A stretch of 60,964 nucleotides of DNA from Eubacteriales bacterium (GTDB lineage Bacteria > Bacillota > Clostridia > Oscillospirales > CAG-272): the NCBI GenBank assembly GCA_045594745.1, contig JAZNZC010000074.1, forward strand, positions 1 to 60,964, written 5' to 3'. The notes below the pieces were generated by a model, which saw only the letters and a program-made list of their open reading frames with translations, was not told the origin of the DNA and made no database searches. Below, in pieces: positions 33,331-42,970 of this stretch (the stretch's first letter is position 1; every line of letters begins with the position of its first letter). The translations under genes and the position numbers were made by a program.

Positions 33331-36300
33331 ATGAAAAACATTCAAAAAAGAGCTCTCGTGTGGCTTCTGACGCTTGCAATGCTCATCCCCATGTTGAGCA
33401 CCGCTGTTCTTCCCGCTATGGCGGCTATCACCAGCGGTTACATCGGCAATATGGATAACAGCCTGACCAAGGGGCTGATCGCTCCCGCGGAGGAGGCGAT
33501 GATCAATCTCGATAACAACGGCGGTATTCGCTTTGCTACCAATATCAATCTCGAAAAATATCAAGCGCTAAAGCAGTTCTGCAAGCAGAGGAGGATCAAA
33601 GGCCTTTCTGTCGGAACTCTCATCGCTCCCTTGGATTACATACAAGAGACGGGCGAGTTCAGCACCATGGCACTTGGCCTTTACGACAAGACCTATCTTG
33701 ATATCAAGGCAAACACCGAGCTTTTTTACGACGGTGAAAAAACAGTAGTCGAGGGCTATGACGAGCAGTTTGTGGCATCCATCATAAACATCAAGCTGGG
33801 CAACCGCGCGCGCAAGTTTGCTTCGATCGGTTATATCCAGCTTACCTTGGTGGACGGTTCTCATTTCACCATTTACAGCTACGACAATCAAAACATGGAC
33901 TTGGTTGAAAAATATGCAACCTCTTTGGAAGAGGTTGCCACCAAGGCTTTGGAGAAAGATAACTGGAGCGACGAGGAGAGAGCAAAGATCGCAGACCTTG
34001 CCGCAAAGGAGACAAAGCTCGATATCAACACCGAAACCGTGAAAGATGTTCGCACCACGCGCAATCAAGTATTCTTCACCTATGTGAAAGGCAACACGAA
34101 TTTCTACAACCGCCTGACATACGACGGCTCTAACGGTTGGAGATTGCAGACCAACACCAAAAACTACAACCATTTCAAGGATATCGGCGCAGGTCAGTCG
34201 CTTGCACTGTATATGGACGAGGGCTTTGATGACGTTACCGTTCCGCTGAAGGTTGAAAAAAGGGACGATGCGCTTGTTATTAAGGTGGAGGGGGTTGATG
34301 AATATGCAACGCTTTCCTACAACACTTTCGATCTTGATTTTTGCAACAAGGATGGCGTATCTCTCTATAACGTCAACGGAATGTCTGCAGAAAGCAATGG
34401 CGATATAAAACTGACGGGTAAAATGAATGCGACCGAAGCCGTTTATGGCGGTGGTGAACGCTTTGACGACGCCAACAAGCGCGGAAAAGAGATGAACCTT
34501 TACATTTCCGATGCTTACGATGCAAGCGGCTCCTATGTAGCCATTCCGCTCTTCAGCACCTCGCGCGGCGGCGGTCTGTTCGTCAACAGATATGAGCCGA
34601 TGTCGATCGCATTTCCTGAAAAAAACACTGCGGGCAACTGGTCGCTGACGATCAGCTCCGAGACCGTGGACTGCTACTTCTATGCAACCGGCAACATTTC
34701 CGACGTGCTCGAGGCGTATGTCGATATGACGGGACACGCATCTCTGCCCGAGGAATGGGCCCAGGGTTATCTCGTTTGCCGTTACGCTCCCGATTTTAAC
34801 AGTCTCACCGATATCAACGGCGAGACCGAGGGCGTTTATTGGCGCGAAACGCTCCCCAACCCGCAAAACTACACCTACACGCCTCATCTCCCCTTGACAG
34901 AAGAAGCAGTGTCAAAACTTAAAGACAATGCTGTTATCCAAGACAAAACAGGCAAAATTACGTATTATATCTATTACGGCGGACGCTTCAGAGACATCAA
35001 AACAGGCGTAAACTATACGTATGCACGGTTGCCCAACAAAGAAGAATGCTACTACGACGACCCAACAAAAGTTTCTTTGGCAGATTATCCCGATGCACTT
35101 TGTCACAAAAAATCCATAACCTACGGCTCCAACTATTACAACTATGTAATTGAAGATGAAACCGAGGACTTTAACTACAACGGTGTTATGGGCGAAACCT
35201 ATTTCCTGCGTGTTGGCACCAGAGGCGGCCCCGGCGGAGCGGGCACTATCTACGTTGTACAGAGTCTGATCGATGCAGGTATGAAGCCGACCGGTGTTAT
35301 TTTGGAAGGCGCTCAATGGTATAACATGGCTACCGATGCTCTCCAATGGGCAAACCTCAAAAAGTACGTCGATTATCTTGACGAGCAAGGTATTAAGACT
35401 CTGGTATATACTTCTTTGGGTTATGTTACCGGTAGCGGAATGGGATCCGGATTTAAGTCCGAGTATAAGCTTTCTATCGACGTTTATGAGTACGATGTTT
35501 CTACCGGTGAAAAAACAGGACAGAAGCTTGCCGAAAAAATAACCAATATTCCCAAGAGTGACGAAACCGATAACCCCGATACCACAAGCGACGGCTCGCA
35601 GGTTTATTTGGATATTACCAATCCCAACGCGGTCAAGTGGTATATGGATAAGGTGTGGGACGAAATGCTGGATCTTGGTATCGACGGTATTAAGATCGAC
35701 TTCTGCGAATCCGTACCCAATCAGGGCTACTATAAAAAAATGTATATCAACAAACAGGAAATGGCCGGCTATCTCGAATACAACTGGTATGATCCCACTT
35801 TGTTCGAGAATAAAGAGGTCCACCACGCATACCCCTCTTACTTCGTTTCCCTGTTCTATAAGGAGATGGAAAAGAGATCCGCACTGCGCGAGGATGATAA
35901 AGGCTTTGTTCTCATCACCCGTGGCGGAGGTATTGGTTCTCAACGTAACCCTTATATCTGGGCAGGCGACCAATCGCGTACCTTCCGTAATCTCTCAACG
36001 CAGCTTGCAGCCGTTATCAACTCGGGCATCTCGGGCATTCCCTTTATAACCTACGATATGGCAGGCTACGCTTATGCAGGCTCTGCTTACCACTATTATG
36101 GCGGACAGCTTCAAACTATTAAGGACGTGAATGGCGAATTCTATCTGGAAAGTCTCCGTGCCGCTGAGGAATACGAATCCGAGATCTTTGTTCGCGGATT
36201 GCAGTTTACCGTCTTTGGCAACTTGATTCAAACCCATGGCTATGTGCGACACGTCTACCAAATGACCGAGGAGGCACAAGAAATTGCGGCACTGTACACG

Positions 36301-36741
36301 GCTTTGCACGAAGAGCTCGCAGATTACCTGCAAAAGATGTCAAAAATCGCTTGCGATACGGGAATGCCGATGATCCGACATATGATTTTGGAATATCAAG
36401 ACGATGCAAACGTAGCCGACGTCGATGACCAGTTTATGTATGGCGACGCATTGCTTGTCGCTCCCATTCTGAATTGCAATTCCACCGTTGATCAAAAGGG
36501 ACAACAAATTTTAACTTACGCCTCTATTGTTACCCGCGAGGTCTACCTTCCCGCAGGTGAGTGGATCGACCTGAATACGGGTGAGACCATTACATCGACA
36601 GGCGAGACGATCAGCGTAGATGCAAACCTTGCAAAGATCCCCGTATATCTCAATACAGCATCCGAATATGCCGAGGAGCTGCAAACCATCTTTGAGGGCG
36701 ATACTTGGAGCGCGATCAAAGCGCTTGCCAATGCACAGTAA
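33331..36741 (+). CDS. secreted glycoside hydrolase family 31
   Basis: 1136 aa with AGGAGG RBS. Signal peptide MKNIQKRALVWLLTLAMLIPMLSTAVLPAMA. GIDGIKIDFCE (nucleophile region) and IWAGDQ motifs resemble YicI-type GH31. Confidence 0.88.
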   Translation: MKNIQKRALVWLLTLAMLIPMLSTAVLPAMAAITSGYIGNMDNSLTKGLIAPAEEAMINLDNNGGIRFATNINLEKYQALKQFCKQRRIKGLSVGTLIAPLDYIQETGEFSTMALGLYDKTYLDIKANTELFYDGEKTVVEGYDEQFVASIINIKLGNRARKFASIGYIQLTLVDGSHFTIYSYDNQNMDLVEKYATSLEEVATKALEKDNWSDEERAKIADLAAKETKLDINTETVKDVRTTRNQVFFTYVKGNTNFYNRLTYDGSNGWRLQTNTKNYNHFKDIGAGQSLALYMDEGFDDVTVPLKVEKRDDALVIKVEGVDEYATLSYNTFDLDFCNKDGVSLYNVNGMSAESNGDIKLTGKMNATEAVYGGGERFDDANKRGKEMNLYISDAYDASGSYVAIPLFSTSRGGGLFVNRYEPMSIAFPEKNTAGNWSLTISSETVDCYFYATGNISDVLEAYVDMTGHASLPEEWAQGYLVCRYAPDFNSLTDINGETEGVYWRETLPNPQNYTYTPHLPLTEEAVSKLKDNAVIQDKTGKITYYIYYGGRFRDIKTGVNYTYARLPNKEECYYDDPTKVSLADYPDALCHKKSITYGSNYYNYVIEDETEDFNYNGVMGETYFLRVGTRGGPGGAGTIYVVQSLIDAGMKPTGVILEGAQWYNMATDALQWANLKKYVDYLDEQGIKTLVYTSLGYVTGSGMGSGFKSEYKLSIDVYEYDVSTGEKTGQKLAEKITNIPKSDETDNPDTTSDGSQVYLDITNPNAVKWYMDKVWDEMLDLGIDGIKIDFCESVPNQGYYKKMYINKQEMAGYLEYNWYDPTLFENKEVHHAYPSYFVSLFYKEMEKRSALREDDKGFVLITRGGGIGSQRNPYIWAGDQSRTFRNLSTQLAAVINSGISGIPFITYDMAGYAYAGSAYHYYGGQLQTIKDVNGEFYLESLRAAEEYESEIFVRGLQFTVFGNLIQTHGYVRHVYQMTEEAQEIAALYTALHEELADYLQKMSKIACDTGMPMIRHMILEYQDDANVADVDDQFMYGDALLVAPILNCNSTVDQKGQQILTYASIVTREVYLPAGEWIDLNTGETITSTGETISVDANLAKIPVYLNTASEYAEELQTIFEGDTWSAIKALANAQ

Positions 36742-36779
36742 GCATTGATACAATGTATTTCTGGAAAGGAAACACAGCA

Positions 36780-37187
36780 ATGGAAGAAAAGAGAAATAAT
36801 ATAGAACCCGAGGAAACAGGGAATACGGCATCTGAACAAACGGCTCGTGCAGAATCCGAAAAGGTCGAGCAAAAGGAAACCAAGAACATCGACTCGGCAG
36901 AGCCCGCGAAGGGCGGCGAGAAGAAGCCTTTTGACAAAAAGAATTGGAAGATGTATGCGGCGATCTTTGTTGGATTAGCGGTTATCATTACCGTGATCGT
37001 TTTGATCGTCGGTGGCGGCAAGCCGGATGATCCTGCACAAACCACTCCCGGTGAAACAACACCCGCGGTAACAACTCCTAAGACGACCACTCCCGCAGCA
37101 ACCACACCTCCCGGTCCTACCGAGCCCGTAACCTTCCCCTCGGATGAGGACAACGATCCCAAGCAAGAGGATAACTTCTTTGAATAA
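36780..37187 (+). CDS. anchor-only protein: acidic/Lys-rich tail + TM helix + Thr/Pro linker, no globular domain
   Basis: 135 aa from MEEKRNN with AAGGA RBS. KKPFDKKNWKMYAAIFVGLAVIITVIVLIV, then TTPGETTPAVTTPKTTTPAATTPP, ending 25 aa later. Confidence 0.65.
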   Translation: MEEKRNNIEPEETGNTASEQTARAESEKVEQKETKNIDSAEPAKGGEKKPFDKKNWKMYAAIFVGLAVIITVIVLIVGGGKPDDPAQTTPGETTPAVTTPKTTTPAATTPPGPTEPVTFPSDEDNDPKQEDNFFE

Positions 37188-37207
37188 ACCAAACGATCAA
37201 AACAGAA

Positions 37208-37235
37208 CCCCGTGGTGCGTTTTCGCACCACGGGG
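37208..37235 (+). terminator. rho-independent terminator of the GH31/anchor-only unit
   Basis: CCCCGTGGTGCG-tttt-CGCACCACGGGG perfect 12-bp stem followed by TGTTTTA. Confidence 0.75.
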
Positions 37236-37402
37236 TGTTTTATGTTTGCTTCTAAAGATAATCGCAAACGGTCTTATAGGATGACGGATAGAGGGGATAT
37301 TTGTTTATAATCGTTAGAATGGGACGTCGAGGGTGCCGCCCGTATGTTTGCGTACTAACAACTCTATTTAGATGTTTTCTGTGCAAAAGTTCTTCAAAGG
37401 GG

Positions 37403-37438
37403 TGTGGGGGAAACTTCCCTCAAGAAGTTTCCCCCACA
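37403..37438. repeat. GTGGGG..CCCCAC palindrome family, imperfect copy
   Basis: TGTGGGGGAAACTTCCCTCAAGAAGTTTCCCCCACA. Confidence 0.75.
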
Positions 37439-37451
37439 AAACACGTAATCC

Positions 37452-38621
37452 TTACAAACTATTCAAAAATCTTTCAATTCGTTTGAGGGCTTCCATAATG
37501 TGCTCGGTGGAGTAACAATAGGAAGCGCGGATAAAGCCCTCGCCGCTCTCGCCAAAGGCGGTACCGGGAACAACGGCGACCTTTTCGGAATAAAGCAGGC
37601 GCTCGCAAAACTCCTCAGAGGACATTCCCGTGGAGCGGATGCAAGGGAATGCATAGAACGCGCCCTTGGGCTCACGGCAGGAAAGTCCGAGCTTGTTAAA
37701 TCCGTTCACGATCAGGCGGCGGCGCATATCGTATTCCTCGCGCATAGCGGCAACGGCTTCATCACCGTTGCGCAGAGCCTCAATGGCGGCGTATTGCGAG
37801 GTCGTAGGCGCGCACATAATGGCGTATTGATGAATTTTTGTGATCTGTTCCATCACAGGAGCAGGACCGCAGGCGTAGCCGAGACGCCACCCCGTCATGG
37901 AGAAGGTCTTGGAAAAACCGTTGATGAGCACGGTTCGCTCTCTCATTCCATCGATCGAAGCGATCGAGATGTGCGGAGCGCCGCCAAAGGTTAGCTCGGC
38001 ATAGATCTCGTCGGAAATAACGAGAATGTTCGTGCCACGCAGAACATCGGCAATCGCCTCAAGGTCTGCCTTTTCCATAATTGCGCCCGTAGGGTTGCAG
38101 GGGTAGGGCAGAATGAGCGCCTTAGTGCGCGGCGTGATGGCTGATTTGAGTTCTTCGGGCGTGATTTTGAAGGAGTTTTCCGCACGGGTCTCAATAATCA
38201 CGGGCTTGCAGCCGCACAGAGCGGTGATGGGCTCGTAGCAAACGTAGCTGGGTTGGGGGATGATAATTTCATCGCCGGGGGAAGCAATGGCGCGGATGCA
38301 GGCGTCAATGGCTTCCGAGCCGCCAACGGTTACGAGGATCTCGTCCTCGGCGTGGTAGCGGACGTTGTATTTTCGCTCCACGTAGCGACCGATCTCGGCA
38401 CGCAGAATTTCAAGTCCTCGGTTGGATGTATAGCGCGTCTTTCCGCCCTCAAGCGAGAGAATGCCCGCCTTGCGGATCTCCCACGGAGTGGGAAAATCGG
38501 GCTCGCCCACGCCAAGAGAAATGACGTCATCCATTGTTTCGGCAATGTCGAAGAATTTACGAATGCCCGAGGGCTTGATGCCGAGGACGGTAGGGGAGAG
38601 CAGCTTTTGATAATCCATCAC
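37452..38621 (-). CDS. class I/II PLP-dependent aminotransferase
   Basis: 389 aa. SKTFSMTGWRLGY (PLP-lysine region) and GEPDFPTP motifs. Confidence 0.9.
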   Translation of the reverse strand: MMDYQKLLSPTVLGIKPSGIRKFFDIAETMDDVISLGVGEPDFPTPWEIRKAGILSLEGGKTRYTSNRGLEILRAEIGRYVERKYNVRYHAEDEILVTVGGSEAIDACIRAIASPGDEIIIPQPSYVCYEPITALCGCKPVIIETRAENSFKITPEELKSAITPRTKALILPYPCNPTGAIMEKADLEAIADVLRGTNILVISDEIYAELTFGGAPHISIASIDGMRERTVLINGFSKTFSMTGWRLGYACGPAPVMEQITKIHQYAIMCAPTTSQYAAIEALRNGDEAVAAMREEYDMRRRLIVNGFNKLGLSCREPKGAFYAFPCIRSTGMSSEEFCERLLYSEKVAVVPGTAFGESGEGFIRASYCYSTEHIMEALKRIERFLNSL

Positions 38622-39106
38622 AGCGAGTAACTTCCTCTCTCATCCTTGCCGCTGCCGAGCAATTCTACATCCAGCTCCTTGTAGCGGCGCATTACAAAGT
38701 GGGTTGCGGTAGAGGTCACCGACTCCATAGCCGAGAGCTCCTTAGCAACAAAATTGGCAACGTCTTGCAGAGATTTGCCCTTAACGACCACGTTCAGGTC
38801 ATACACGCCCGACATCAGATAGACCGATTCGACCTCAGGATATTTCATCACCTTTGCGGCAACGTCCTCAAAACCAAAGCCTGCCTTGGGCGTGACCTTG
38901 AGCTCGATGATGGCGGAGACGTAGGCGTTGTCGAGCTGATCCCAGTCGATAACCGCCTTGTAGCCGCGAATGAGCCCTTCTTTTTCCATCTCTTTGATCT
39001 GTGTAACTACCTCTTCCTCGCTGATGCCGAGCATAGTAGCCATATCAGCAGGAGACGTGCGTGCGTTTTTATTCAACAATTTTAACAGTTTGATGTTCAT
39101 AATCAA
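38618..39106 (-). CDS. Lrp/AsnC-family transcriptional regulator
   Basis: 162 aa with N-terminal HTH (LLNKNARTSPADMATMLGISEEEV) and a C-terminal RAM-like domain. ATGA overlap with the aminotransferase start. The start could instead be 39100. Confidence 0.88.
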   Translation of the reverse strand: MIMNIKLLKLLNKNARTSPADMATMLGISEEEVVTQIKEMEKEGLIRGYKAVIDWDQLDNAYVSAIIELKVTPKAGFGFEDVAAKVMKYPEVESVYLMSGVYDLNVVVKGKSLQDVANFVAKELSAMESVTSTATHFVMRRYKELDVELLGSGKDERGSYSL

Positions 39107-39252
39107 TAATTCCTTTCTTTTGGAATATCAGGAAATCCTTATGGCGAGAGTTAAAGGCGGAAACTTGTGAAAGCCTCCCTTTACACAAGGGAGCCTTTCG
39201 GCTATTCCAACTCTTGCCTATACTTTTTTAATTTGTTGTGATACGGAAAAAA

Positions 39253-39765
39253 TTACTCCTCAACAACTTCCATTTTTTCGATAACAACGGGAACACGGGG
39301 GACGTCGTCAAACCAACCCATACGGCCCGTGGGAACAGCGGCGATCTTGTCGACCACCTCGATGCCCTCGATGACCGCGCCAAAGCCTGCGTATTGACGG
39401 TCAAGATAAGGCGCGTTTTGGTGCATAATAAAAAATTGAGAGGATGCAGAGTTGGGATTGTTGGTTCTCGCCATCGAAAGCACGCCACGGGTGTGCTTGA
39501 GGTCATTTTGAGGGAAGCCGTTTGCGGCAAACTCGCCCTTAATGGCGGGGGCGTCGGTCTCTCCAAAGCTTTCGTTGTAGCCGCCGCCCTGGATCATAAA
39601 GCCGCTGATCACGCGGTGGAAGATCAGACCGCTGAAAAATCCGCTTTTGACAAGACCGAGAAAGTTTTCAACCGTCTTGGGAGCCTTGTCGGGGTAGAGC
39701 TCTGCGGTCATTTCGCCAAAATCACGTACAACAATTTTAATTTTCGGGTTATTCATAATCATCAT
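39253..39765 (-). CDS. ppiB: cyclophilin-type peptidyl-prolyl cis-trans isomerase
   Basis: FHRVISGFMIQGGG and SMARTNNPNSASSQFFI motifs. Start is among the clustered ATGs at 39765, 39762 and 39756, after a GAAAGGAAA RBS. The ORF-track start at 39816 was rejected. Confidence 0.9.
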   Translation of the reverse strand: MMIMNNPKIKIVVRDFGEMTAELYPDKAPKTVENFLGLVKSGFFSGLIFHRVISGFMIQGGGYNESFGETDAPAIKGEFAANGFPQNDLKHTRGVLSMARTNNPNSASSQFFIMHQNAPYLDRQYAGFGAVIEGIEVVDKIAAVPTGRMGWFDDVPRVPVVIEKMEVVEE

Positions 39766-40153
39766 TTTCCTTTCGTGTGTCTGCGCCATCGAGATACGCG
39801 GCGCGGAAGAGTTCATCTATGCGTTCTTTTTGACCGGAAACGTGCAAATATCCAAATAGGACTTCCATACCGGTTGCGGTGCGATAATCGCTGACTGTTG
39901 CATTTTTGGGGACGTTTGTGTGTCCGATGTTGCGCCCGCGTTTGAAAAACGCTTCTTCTTCCTCGGTGAGTATCGGGAAGAGCTTTTTCATTGCCTCGGC
40001 TTGTGCCGATGCGCGAACGTAGTTGAGCGCTTCACGGTTGAGGTTCCGCGAGGTCGAAAGCCCCGATTCCACCAGATATTCACGCACACAAAGCTCAAGA
40101 ACACAGTCGCCAAGATAGGCAAGAGCGGGCGTGCTCATCTCTCGCAGATTCAT
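39749..40153 (-). CDS. mrnC: Mini-ribonuclease 3
   Basis: 134 aa. ALAYLGDCVLELCVREYL and GMEVLFGYL motifs are typical of Mini-III. Confidence 0.88.
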   Translation of the reverse strand: MNLREMSTPALAYLGDCVLELCVREYLVESGLSTSRNLNREALNYVRASAQAEAMKKLFPILTEEEEAFFKRGRNIGHTNVPKNATVSDYRTATGMEVLFGYLHVSGQKERIDELFRAAYLDGADTRKENDDYE

Positions 40154-40833
40154 TGCTTGCCCCCCTCGTCGGCTGCCTCATCGGCTGCCTCTTTTTTGCT
40201 CTTTGCCGCCTTCTTTTCGGCCTTTTGGCGCCTCACGGCTTCTTTCTTTTCTTGCTCCTCGCGCGATTTTTCGGCGTTCAGGTCGGGGTAGTGAGACTCC
40301 AAAAGAATCTGCACCGCATTCTTCAGATACGACGACATTGCCGAAAGGGAGAGCAAAAATGCCAAAAAATCCTCTTCGTTTTCAAGATTTAATTCTTTTT
40401 GATCGGCAAACGCCACAACGCTTTCCACAGCTGCCGCGCGTTCTTCCTCTTTGATGGAGAGGTAGCGCGTGTAGATGCGCTCAAGAGATGCCGCATCGTA
40501 TTCGGGCAGGGCATAGACGTTTTGCAAAACGCGCTTGATCTCGCCAATCGAAAGCGTGTTTTTCATCTCGTAAACCATCAGCATTTGCAAGATCTGCTCT
40601 TTTGTGTACTTCTTGCCCTTGATGGGGGAAAGCAGACCGTCCTTGGAGTAGTTGTTGATCATTGTCTTTGTCAGCGCGCGGTCAGCAAAGCGAGGTGAAC
40701 CCTCTTTGCGTTTTTCGTCGGCAAGACTTGTGATCTGATCGAGATAAAGATCGATCGCGGGGATCTCGTGCGGATGCAGATCAGCATCGCGCACCGCTTC
40801 GGCAAGAAGCGCCTTCAGTTCAATCTCATTCAC
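40150..40833 (-). CDS. DUF1836-like protein with Lys/Glu-rich C-terminal tail
   Basis: 227 aa from GTG (VNEIELK) with AAAGGGGG RBS. TKTMINNYSKDGLL and GKKYTKEQI motifs. The upstream ORF-track extension to 41262 has no RBS. Confidence 0.75.
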   Translation of the reverse strand: MNEIELKALLAEAVRDADLHPHEIPAIDLYLDQITSLADEKRKEGSPRFADRALTKTMINNYSKDGLLSPIKGKKYTKEQILQMLMVYEMKNTLSIGEIKRVLQNVYALPEYDAASLERIYTRYLSIKEEERAAAVESVVAFADQKELNLENEEDFLAFLLSLSAMSSYLKNAVQILLESHYPDLNAEKSREEQEKKEAVRRQKAEKKAAKSKKEAADEAADEGGKQ

Positions 40834-41110
40834 GGGCAAGCCCCCTTTCTGCGGTTTTGATGTCCGCCTGATGCGTTTTCTTGTACCATTATAACGGATT
40901 TTTCGCAAAAAATCAATACCTTTATAAAAGATTGTAAGAAAAGAACATCCTCGGGGAAAGTTTTCCACAGCATTTTCTGCATAAATGCACGAAAAAAGGC
41001 GAATAATGGTAGCAAAATATGGGTTTTCCGCATAATCCACAGAGTTTTCCACAGTTTTGCGCATTAGAAGAAAAAGGCTGTGGAAAACTTTTTGCGTATC
41101 CAAAACCGGT

Positions 41111-41139
41111 TTGACAAATTCCGGTGTTTGTGGTATAAT
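41111..41139 (+). promoter_or_regulatory. consensus sigmaA promoter
   Basis: TTGACA (41111-41116), 17 nt, TATAAT (41134-41139). Confidence 0.6.
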
Positions 41140-41172
41140 GATTATAGATAAAACAGCAAGGAGGTCGACGCT

Positions 41173-42741
41173 GTGCAATTTTATGATGAAAAGCAAAATG
41201 CACTTGCTTGCATTTGGTGGAGTTTGGCTCACATCAAGAGTGAAAAGAAATACCGCAAACAACTCAAAAAGCAGTTAAAGATTTATGGATTGACAGAAGA
41301 GTTCGGTCACCTTGCCACTCCCGAGACTCCCGTGGAGGAAAGCCGTCGCTTTTTGCAAGATGTAAAAGATCGCAGCATTGCACAAGATGAAGAAAGAGTA
41401 GCTACCTTTTTGCGCGTGGCAGAAGAATTGGGCATTTCCCGCGAGGAGGCCGCCGAGCTTGCCGACCATTTGCCCTTGTGCCTGCGTCAAGAAGGAGAGA
41501 ATGTTCTTTTAAGCGTTGGCGGCGTAGCCACCTATCACCACATCGTTTTTTGCAATGCCCAAATAGGCGGCGAAAAATTCTATTTACCCGATCACATAGA
41601 GCTTTCCAAAACAGAGGAAGGTTATCTGTTGGAGTTTGTGGAAGAAGAAACGATCATCTCAATGCCGTTTTCGCACGCCGAAATGCGACTTTCTCCCATT
41701 CACGCTGCCTGTGCCACCGATTACTTTTTGTTTATGGTTGGCACTCCGTGGGACTTTTTGGCGCAATATGCCCGAGGAATTGCAGAGCATATTCAAAAGG
41801 GAATTGCCAACGAACGCGAGCTTGTTCTGCGCGATATTGTAGAGTATTTCTCAAGCGAACAATCCAAACAAATCCCCGAGGCGTTTCTTGCATTTGCGCG
41901 CCGTCATGATATAGAGCTTGCGGTGACGCAATGCGCAGGCAAACGCCGAAAGCTGTTTCGCGAATTGTCCAAGCAATACTACGAGCCGATGTGGCGAGAG
42001 CTGTTTGAAGCGTTTGAGGCATCACAAGAAGGGCTTCCGCAGGAGTGGGAGTTCTATTGCACACCCGAGCAGTTTGAGGAGCATAAGCGGTTTGTTACCG
42101 TTCAAATGCGTCTGCGCGGCTTTGAGGGGGAATATCCGCATTTTTGCAAAAAAGCCCCCTTCCGTCGCCTGTCTTTGATGAACGCCTTTGGCGAAAGCTT
42201 TTTCGTCGGCTTTGAAAAATACGCATCGCACCATATCTATTGCCGTGCCGCTTGCCGAGGTGGAGAAAAGAAGATCACCGAAAACTATTTGTGCGGCACC
42301 GTTTTCCGCAAGACACCCGAGGAAGAGACCGACATTTGGTCTTGCTCCTTCGACCGACGCGGAAAAACAAATTTTTCTGCCGTTTTTCATTTTTCGCAAG
42401 AAGAAAGCACGGCAGAGGAGCGCAGTCTGTTGGCATCAGCCGCCGCCAAAAGCGCAGAGCTTCGCCGCCTGACAAAAGAGGAGAGAACGCTCAAGCTGAG
42501 CTTTCAAACTCCTGCATCTGTCTACATCCTTATGTTCCTGTTTACAAGCGTTTTCTTTGGCGTTTTTTGGACGCTTGGGTTTATACTCGTTATATCGATC
42601 ATAACCCTACTTGTTACTTTTTCGTTTGCGGCAGTTGCCGAAATTATTCTTGGCATACCGTGGTGGCTGGTTGGCGTGGCGGCCGGCGGTTTGTTCGGCT
42701 TTCTTATGACCATTGTTGCGTGGCTTGCGAATAGAAGATAA
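41173..42741 (+). CDS. hypothetical protein with C-terminal transmembrane helices
   Basis: 522 aa with GTG start 8 nt after an AAGGAGG RBS. No motif recognised. The last ~90 aa form 2-3 hydrophobic helices. Confidence 0.75.
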   Translation: MQFYDEKQNALACIWWSLAHIKSEKKYRKQLKKQLKIYGLTEEFGHLATPETPVEESRRFLQDVKDRSIAQDEERVATFLRVAEELGISREEAAELADHLPLCLRQEGENVLLSVGGVATYHHIVFCNAQIGGEKFYLPDHIELSKTEEGYLLEFVEEETIISMPFSHAEMRLSPIHAACATDYFLFMVGTPWDFLAQYARGIAEHIQKGIANERELVLRDIVEYFSSEQSKQIPEAFLAFARRHDIELAVTQCAGKRRKLFRELSKQYYEPMWRELFEAFEASQEGLPQEWEFYCTPEQFEEHKRFVTVQMRLRGFEGEYPHFCKKAPFRRLSLMNAFGESFFVGFEKYASHHIYCRAACRGGEKKITENYLCGTVFRKTPEEETDIWSCSFDRRGKTNFSAVFHFSQEESTAEERSLLASAAAKSAELRRLTKEERTLKLSFQTPASVYILMFLFTSVFFGVFWTLGFILVISIITLLVTFSFAAVAEIILGIPWWLVGVAAGGLFGFLMTIVAWLANRR

Positions 42742-42924
42742 AAGTGGGCGACAAAAAGAGTGCAGAATGACATATAGCATTTTTGCTTTTTGATAATCGT
42801 TTTCTTTCAAGGGAGGTCGAGGGCGCCGTCCCTACCGGAACGCGAGCGCATCTTGCGCCGACCGTCTGTCCGTATCTATCGATTTACATCCATAAACCTT
42901 TTGTTAGAGATTTCTTGAAAGGGG

Positions 42925-42960
42925 TGTGGGGAAAACTTCTTTTAAGAAGTTTTCCCCACA
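42925..42960. repeat. GTGGGG..CCCCAC palindrome family copy
   Basis: TGTGGGGAAAACTTCTTTTAAGAAGTTTTCCCCACA, 17-bp arms with a 2-nt loop. Confidence 0.8.
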
Positions 42961-42970
42961 AAAAGACTCT

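Noticed and set aside
40834-41262. N-terminal extensions of ORF-track ORFs (also 20324-20455, 25838-25888, 48975-49172, 52178-52258, 54025-54099, 54607-54669, 39766-39816, 42926-42970)
   Set aside because: Internal start codons are preceded by good AGGAGG-type RBSs and give family-typical N-termini or signal peptides. The extensions run through promoters or repeats and lack an RBS.
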